From assembly GCF_006345805.1 (NCBI RefSeq), contig NW_021833979.1:1-52737 (forward strand): a DNA stretch of 52,737 nt. The letters run 5' to 3'. Of the stretch, positions 47,740 to 52,737 are shown piece after piece. The position numbers and the translations under genes are program-made. This DNA is from Octopus sinensis. Taxonomy: Eukaryota. Within the stretch, counting starts at the first letter, position 1. Each line of letters starts with the position of its first letter. The notes below the pieces were generated by a model that saw nothing but the letters and a program-made list of their open reading frames with translations, had not been told where the DNA came from and did not search any database.

Positions 47740-48963
47740 TTAAATATATAATATACTATGTAGGAGTGATATGTAAGTCAAAATGAATTTTATGTAAAAT
47801 GATTCCAGTATACAGTTATCAATTGAGATATAATTTAAAATATCATTTAAAATATTTAAGAGTCTTAACCGAGCATGTATACAAGAATTTCCAAGTTCAA
47901 TTCTGCTGTTTAATTGAATTTCTCCATTATTTTTATACATTAGTATTTCAAATGCTTCCATGGAGCAAAGTTGGCAGCCTACTCTGCTATTTTTATAGGG
48001 TTTTGCTCTTCTGACTAATTCCCAATTAAGGTTATATTTGATGTTATTGTTTTTTAGTTCCCAAATTTTACTAGAAAGAGTAGTGCTATCAGCCTTATGA
48101 CGTAATTTAAAAGATGAGAGATGGTTATTCAATCTCTGTTTAAAATTTACAGTGCATCCAACATAAGAGAACTTATTATTATCTGTGGTAACGGAGCACT
48201 TATAGATTATGTTAATTAACCCGCATAAATCAGGGGCCGGGCATTTTGATTTAATTCTGCAGTTACATCTAGGGGCATTATAATTAGAGGTGGAATACCT
48301 TGAGGATAGAAGTCTTATAATACTGTTGCTCGAAGCAGAGCGGGTAAATTTATCATGATTTTGATTATTGTTATTATCTAAAAAAACTCTATCATTATTG
48401 TAGTTAATATTATTATCTAAAACAGTATTATCATTTATAGGTATTCCTACATTTTCATTTGGTTCTAAAGCCCTACTTTCATTATTATTATTATTATTGG
48501 TGCTGCTATCTAAAATAATGTTATCATTATTGCAGTTGATGTTATCTTCTAAAGTAGTATTATCATTTGTCGGTATTCCTACACTATCGTTTGGTTCTAT
48601 AACTCTACTATTATTGCCGATATTGTTGATGCTATTAGTATTGTTGTCGATATTGTTATCCAGATGTGTAGTGTTGTTGCTGATAATGTTGTTACTCTCA
48701 TTCACTGTACTTACATTCATGGTATTATTCCTATTACTAACATAATCATTTCTATTTATGTTATTATTGTTATTAACAATTCCATGGCTTTTGGTTATAT
48801 TTATTTTATGACATTCATTATTGTTATTATTATTATTATTGTTGCAATTATTACTTTTCGTACTGTTATTACAATTTTCCGTTGTATTTTTATTTTTATT
48901 TATTAAATTATTTCTGGCTAGTTTTATGTTATTAATATTGATCTTAGCTATTAAAGTGGACAT
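47740..48963 (-). CDS. PLE ORF C-terminal part: Asn-rich linker + GIY-YIG endonuclease
   Basis: 407-aa ORF. A Cys motif and the YKC..YVG (GIY-YIG-like) motif follow about 230 low-complexity residues. Confidence 0.85.
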   Translation of the reverse strand: MSTLIAKININNIKLARNNLINKNKNTTENCNNSTKSNNCNNNNNNNNNECHKINITKSHGIVNNNNNINRNDYVSNRNNTMNVSTVNESNNIISNNTTHLDNNIDNNTNSINNIGNNSRVIEPNDSVGIPTNDNTTLEDNINCNNDNIILDSSTNNNNNNESRALEPNENVGIPINDNTVLDNNINYNNDRVFLDNNNNQNHDKFTRSASSNSIIRLLSSRYSTSNYNAPRCNCRIKSKCPAPDLCGLINIIYKCSVTTDNNKFSYVGCTVNFKQRLNNHLSSFKLRHKADSTTLSSKIWELKNNNIKYNLNWELVRRAKPYKNSRVGCQLCSMEAFEILMYKNNGEIQLNSRIELGNSCIHARLRLLNILNDILNYISIDNCILESFYIKFILTYISLLHSILYI

Positions 48964-49114
48964 ATTTGGGAGAGTTGAATAAGAAATTCTGACTGTTTTT
49001 TTAGAAATATTTTATGATATCTATGAGAGGATGGGAAATTATTTTCTAGAATTGTTTTGAATCTACCCTGAATATCTGATGAAACCGCACAGTTAAAAGG
49101 GATGTTTAGCCATA

Positions 49115-50092
49115 TTATGTCTTTCTTATTAAATTTCTTAGAATTAGAGTTAGGGCTGCTAGAATTTTTCCCACTAGAGTTAGGGTTATTAGAATTAATC
49201 GTCCCATCATCAGATTCTTGTATTTATTAATGTTCCTGTTAGCATGTTTGCTAGTTTTATCCAAGTTTATTTTACCCTTATTATAAGTATTCTCTGTTAT
49301 GTTTTTATTAATATTCTTAATATCATTAGGGTACTTTGCCGTTGTAAATCTATTTCTACTAACCTTTCTGGTATGGTCATTGTTGTTGTCTATGTTACTA
49401 ATAGTGTGTTTCTTAATTTTAATTTTATTTAAGGTTGCCTTATCAGGGCTATCTGTGTTATGGTCTATGTATTTATCCTTATACTTATCATTACGATTAG
49501 ATGTTGTATTAGATCCACATCTATGTATCTTTTCGACTTGATCATTTTTGTTATTTATGTGGTTATTGCTGTTTAATTTACTTAAAATATTATGATGAGT
49601 TCCTAGTTTTTCCGTATCTTCAAAAGTAATTTTCTGGTTAAATCCTGCTCTAGATAACGCCTCATTGTAATGTCCTGAGTGAGAGTTAAATATATTAAAA
49701 TTGGATGATAATTTGGATATTCTTATGGAAATATTTCTAACTAAGGAATTTATTATATTTGGGGGATGATTAGATAATTTATTTACGTAACTAGTGATTT
49801 CCCCTTCCTTTCTAAATGGATAATGTAGTTTGGAGTTAAGGTCTAAAGTAATATCTAGAAAATTAGCTATTTTAATGTTTGGTTCATAGGTTATGCTAAG
49901 GTTGAAATCTTTAAAGAACCTATTAATCTTCTTTTTAATTCTTTCTATGTGTGATTTATTATTGGTATTTACAACAAACAAAGCATCATCTCTATATAGA
50001 CCACCTTGCAATTCAGGGATCTCTTTATTAATGCATTTCAGTAGATATGCTCCTACTAAATTGGTTACCTCAGCCGAATCACTTGAGCCCAT
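49115..50092 (-). CDS. PLE ORF middle part: RT motifs (YRDD), thumb and linker
   Basis: 325-aa ORF. It joins the flanking ORF segments by -1 frameshifts. Confidence 0.88.
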   Translation of the reverse strand: MGSSDSAEVTNLVGAYLLKCINKEIPELQGGLYRDDALFVVNTNNKSHIERIKKKINRFFKDFNLSITYEPNIKIANFLDITLDLNSKLHYPFRKEGEITSYVNKLSNHPPNIINSLVRNISIRISKLSSNFNIFNSHSGHYNEALSRAGFNQKITFEDTEKLGTHHNILSKLNSNNHINNKNDQVEKIHRCGSNTTSNRNDKYKDKYIDHNTDSPDKATLNKIKIKKHTISNIDNNNDHTRKVSRNRFTTAKYPNDIKNINKNITENTYNKGKINLDKTSKHANRNINKYKNLMMGRLILITLTLVGKILAALTLILRNLIRKT

Positions 50093-50398
50093 AGGAATAT
50101 CGAAAAAGTTAGGGGTATCAGCTCTGGTCCATAATTTTCCCTCAAATTCATAAATGCTTTCCTAGCTAAAAGTATAATGTCTATTTCTTCTCTAGATATG
50201 AGGGAGCGATTCATCGCGAATATAAGCGATTTATTTAGTAGGATAGGGGAAATGCTAGAGTAGTAGTTTTTATATCGAATTGAATGAAGGCTAAATTATT
50301 CGTATTAGTTAGGGAATTAAACCATTTAAGGACCTCATCGGTATTTATCCACAGGCTTAAGGGAAGAAGTGGGGTTATTTGGGGTAAGATATTATCTA

Positions 50399-50453
<55 letters not shown>

Positions 50454-50644
50454 TGCATGTATTATAGGAATGTCTGGTCCGAAACCAGAGACTTTCATAA
50501 TCATTGATTCTCCATTAAAAGGCAGACGACCAACAACAACAACGACAGACGACGACCACCACCACCGCCGCCTCCATCATCATCGTCATCGTCATCATCA
50601 TCACCACCGACGCCTCCATCATCGTCATCATCATCATCATAGCT

Positions 50645-50960
50645 GGTCATTTTTCATGCTAGAAATAGAAACCACTTTATTTTTCATATAAAATTTGAAG
50701 GACAGATAAGAAGCATTCATAAATAAAATTGATCTGTATATGGTCTCATTTCATGCTAGAAAGAGCCACAAAAACCTTCACATTTTTGTTTCATCACAAA
50801 TAAAAATCGAAGGACAACTTACAAAGCATCCATGTCAAATATTGTCCAATAGATGGCCTAACATCATGTTAGAAATAACAGCCAAATACTCTGAAATTTG
50901 TATCGTTTTTCTTAAAAAAAGTGAAGGACACTTTAAGAAGCAACTCTGAAAATATTGTCC
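50645..50960. repeat. Degenerate ~110-bp tandem repeat, 3 units
   Basis: tcatg(c/t)tagaaa occurs at 50654, 50751 and 50864; gaaggac occurs at 50697, 50809 and 50923. Confidence 0.55.
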
Positions 50961-51043
50961 TGCGGCGGTTTAAGTGTAAAATATTATAAAAGTATGCATC
51001 TATGAGTTTTATGTGTTTAAAAAACATAGCAAAACATGTGTGT

Positions 51044-51074
<31 letters not shown>

Positions 51075-52687
51075 AATTATTGTATACAGTGCTCAGGTGC
51101 ACCACAACTTGTCAGAAAGTGCATATAAAGTACATGCAGTAGTGTAGAAATGTCTGGGTGTATGGAGGGGGGAAAATCAAGTGTAGTGTTGGCGAATCTC
51201 AGGAAGCATGGAAGTCTTGAAGGAAGCAGTGCTCCGACAACTAACAACCGATGTCGGCAGTTTATTCCACGCTTCAGCAACTCTCAGCGTGAAAAAATGT
51301 TTCCTGAAGTCATGGGAGCTGTGCTGTTTTCTTACTTTGTAAATATGTCCACGGGTGTTAGATGGGTGGAGTTTGAAGAGGTGCTCAGAGTTATTGTTTG
51401 TACGATGGTTGATAATTTTATGGGTGTCTGCCAAGTCAGCTGCCAGACGTCGGAGTTTCAATGTGTCCATGCCCAGGGAGGTAAGGCGTTCAGGATATGG
51501 CAAATGCCTGATGGAGGGTATTCTTTTGGTTGCACGTCGCTGAACAGCTTCCAGACGATTGATGTCCTGGGCAAGATAGGGGCTCCAGACCGGCGATGCA
51601 AACTCCAGGTGAGGTCTTACCATAGCTATATAAAGCCGCAGATAGATAGCCGGAGAGCAGCTCACAAAGGATTTAGTGAGTGATGCCAAGACACCCTCAG
51701 CCTTCTTGACAATTTTAGCGATGTGTTTTGTCCAACGCAAATCACTGTCGACAATAACACCCAGGTCACGTTCACATGAAGACTTTTTGAGACTAGTGTT
51801 GTGGAGGGAGCAGGTGGACGCTGGGTTTCTCCTCCCAAAATGCATGGTGGTACATTTGTCCACAGCCAGCTTGAGTTGCCAGTCCATGATCCACTGCTGC
51901 ATTGTGTCCAGGTCTGCTTGTAATAGAGATCCATAGTGTATAGGATTTGACCTCTTTATTTCGAGGTACAGCTTGATGTCATCTGCATATTTCAGCACTG
52001 TGGCATTCTTTAAGTTGGCATCTATGTCATTAACATATGCAACAAATAAAAGGGGGCCAAGAACAGATCCCTGCGGCACACCAGATGTCATCTCAGAGGG
52101 CGAAGAGTGCTGTCCTAGAACTGTGACAACCTCTTTTCGGCCGAAAATAAAGGACTTTAACCAGTTATAGAGTTCGTCTCTTACACCCAACGCAGAAAGC
52201 TTCACCATAAGTCTTTTGTGTGGCACAGAGTTAAAAGCCTTAGCAAAGTCCAGGTAAACAACATCCACCCAGGATCCACGATCAGTGATTTGGGTAACGT
52301 CCTCAAGAAACTCGATGAGTTGATTACAGCAGTTGGAGTTAGGAATAAATCCGAATTGTGACGGCTGGATGAGGCTGTGAGACTTCCAGAAGTTCCAGAG
52401 GGTTTCTCTGATACAGGATTCCATCAGTTTGGCGATGCAGCTGGTAAGACTGACGGGGCGATAGTTGACAGGCGATGTGCGGTCGCCTTTTTTGAACAGA
52501 GGGATGACACTGGCAGTTTTCCACTGTTCTGGAGTAACACCATTGTCAAGACAGAATTGGAAGAATAGAGAAAGTTGGCTTAGAAGAAAGTACCCACCGC
52601 GCTTTAGAAGTAGGTACGTAACACCATCGAGACCAGGAGAGGCATAATTGCGTTTATTCTTTAGGTGGCGTTGCAGCATTGCTGGTT
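51044..52687 (-). mobile_element. CR1-like LINE, 5'-truncated, with uninterrupted 504-aa RT/C-terminal ORF
   Basis: ORF 51177-52691 is open to the natural stop and contains YADD. The tail is seen as (taa)n at 51044-51072. It is an inverted, near-identical partner of 19985-21708. Confidence 0.95.
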
Positions 52688-52737
52688 GCATATGGAGGTA
52701 TATGTAGGTATATACATGTGTATAAAGGTATTTTTGT

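Larger units (their letters stand above)
46428..50400 (-). mobile_element. Penelope-like retroelement (PLE), 5'-truncated: RT + GIY-YIG endonuclease + long 3' region
   Basis: RT motifs LWINTDEVLKWF, FIQFDIK, DIPMGSSDSAEV, GLYRDD, NFLDITLDL and SNHPP. Conserved IIWLNIPF block. The endonuclease reads CNCR..CP..C..NIIYKCSV...SYVGCT..FKQRLNNH...CQLC. Both ends are embedded in (TA)n. Confidence 0.93.

Noticed and set aside
49075-49090. CTGATGAAACC motif
   Set aside because: It lies antisense within the PLE coding linker and has no stem II/GAAA arrangement.
47740-50400. Selenocysteine or stop read-through in the PLE ORF
   Set aside because: The ORF breaks are frameshifts, not in-frame TGA codons.
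51150-52647. Plus-strand ORFs overlapping the LINE (and equivalents at 20076-21587)
   Set aside because: They are antisense or alternate-frame shadows of the RT ORF.

Overview
This is AT-rich eukaryotic DNA dominated by (TA)n/(CA)n/(ATT)n microsatellites and repeat families that I recognise as Octopus-type; the taxon is an inference. The window holds one strong host gene candidate: a single-exon 5 kb ORF (41116-46140, +, 1674 aa; probably 1716 aa from ATG 40991 once a 1-nt homopolymer indel is corrected). It is built from about six tandem, diverged NHL/TolB-like beta-propeller modules and has no RING, B-box or signal peptide. The rest is mobile DNA. A 5'-truncated Penelope-like element (RT + GIY-YIG) has unusually long Asn-rich linkers and a complete type I hammerhead ribozyme at its 3' end. 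Also present are three young CR1-like LINE copies, RTE, mariner, pogo/Tigger, piggyBac and Chapaev3-like relics, several SINE families, and a head-to-tail Helitron/Helentron-like dimer carrying a captured piggyBac fragment. The first 13.7 kb is a tandem triplication of a non-coding block with a 157-bp G-rich VNTR. Three foldback palindromes lie at or near the block junctions, and each contains a hammerhead-like motif. Most reading-frame breaks I could resolve are -1 deletions in homopolymer runs, which suggests imperfect long-read consensus. There are no CRISPR arrays, rRNA genes or intact tRNA genes.
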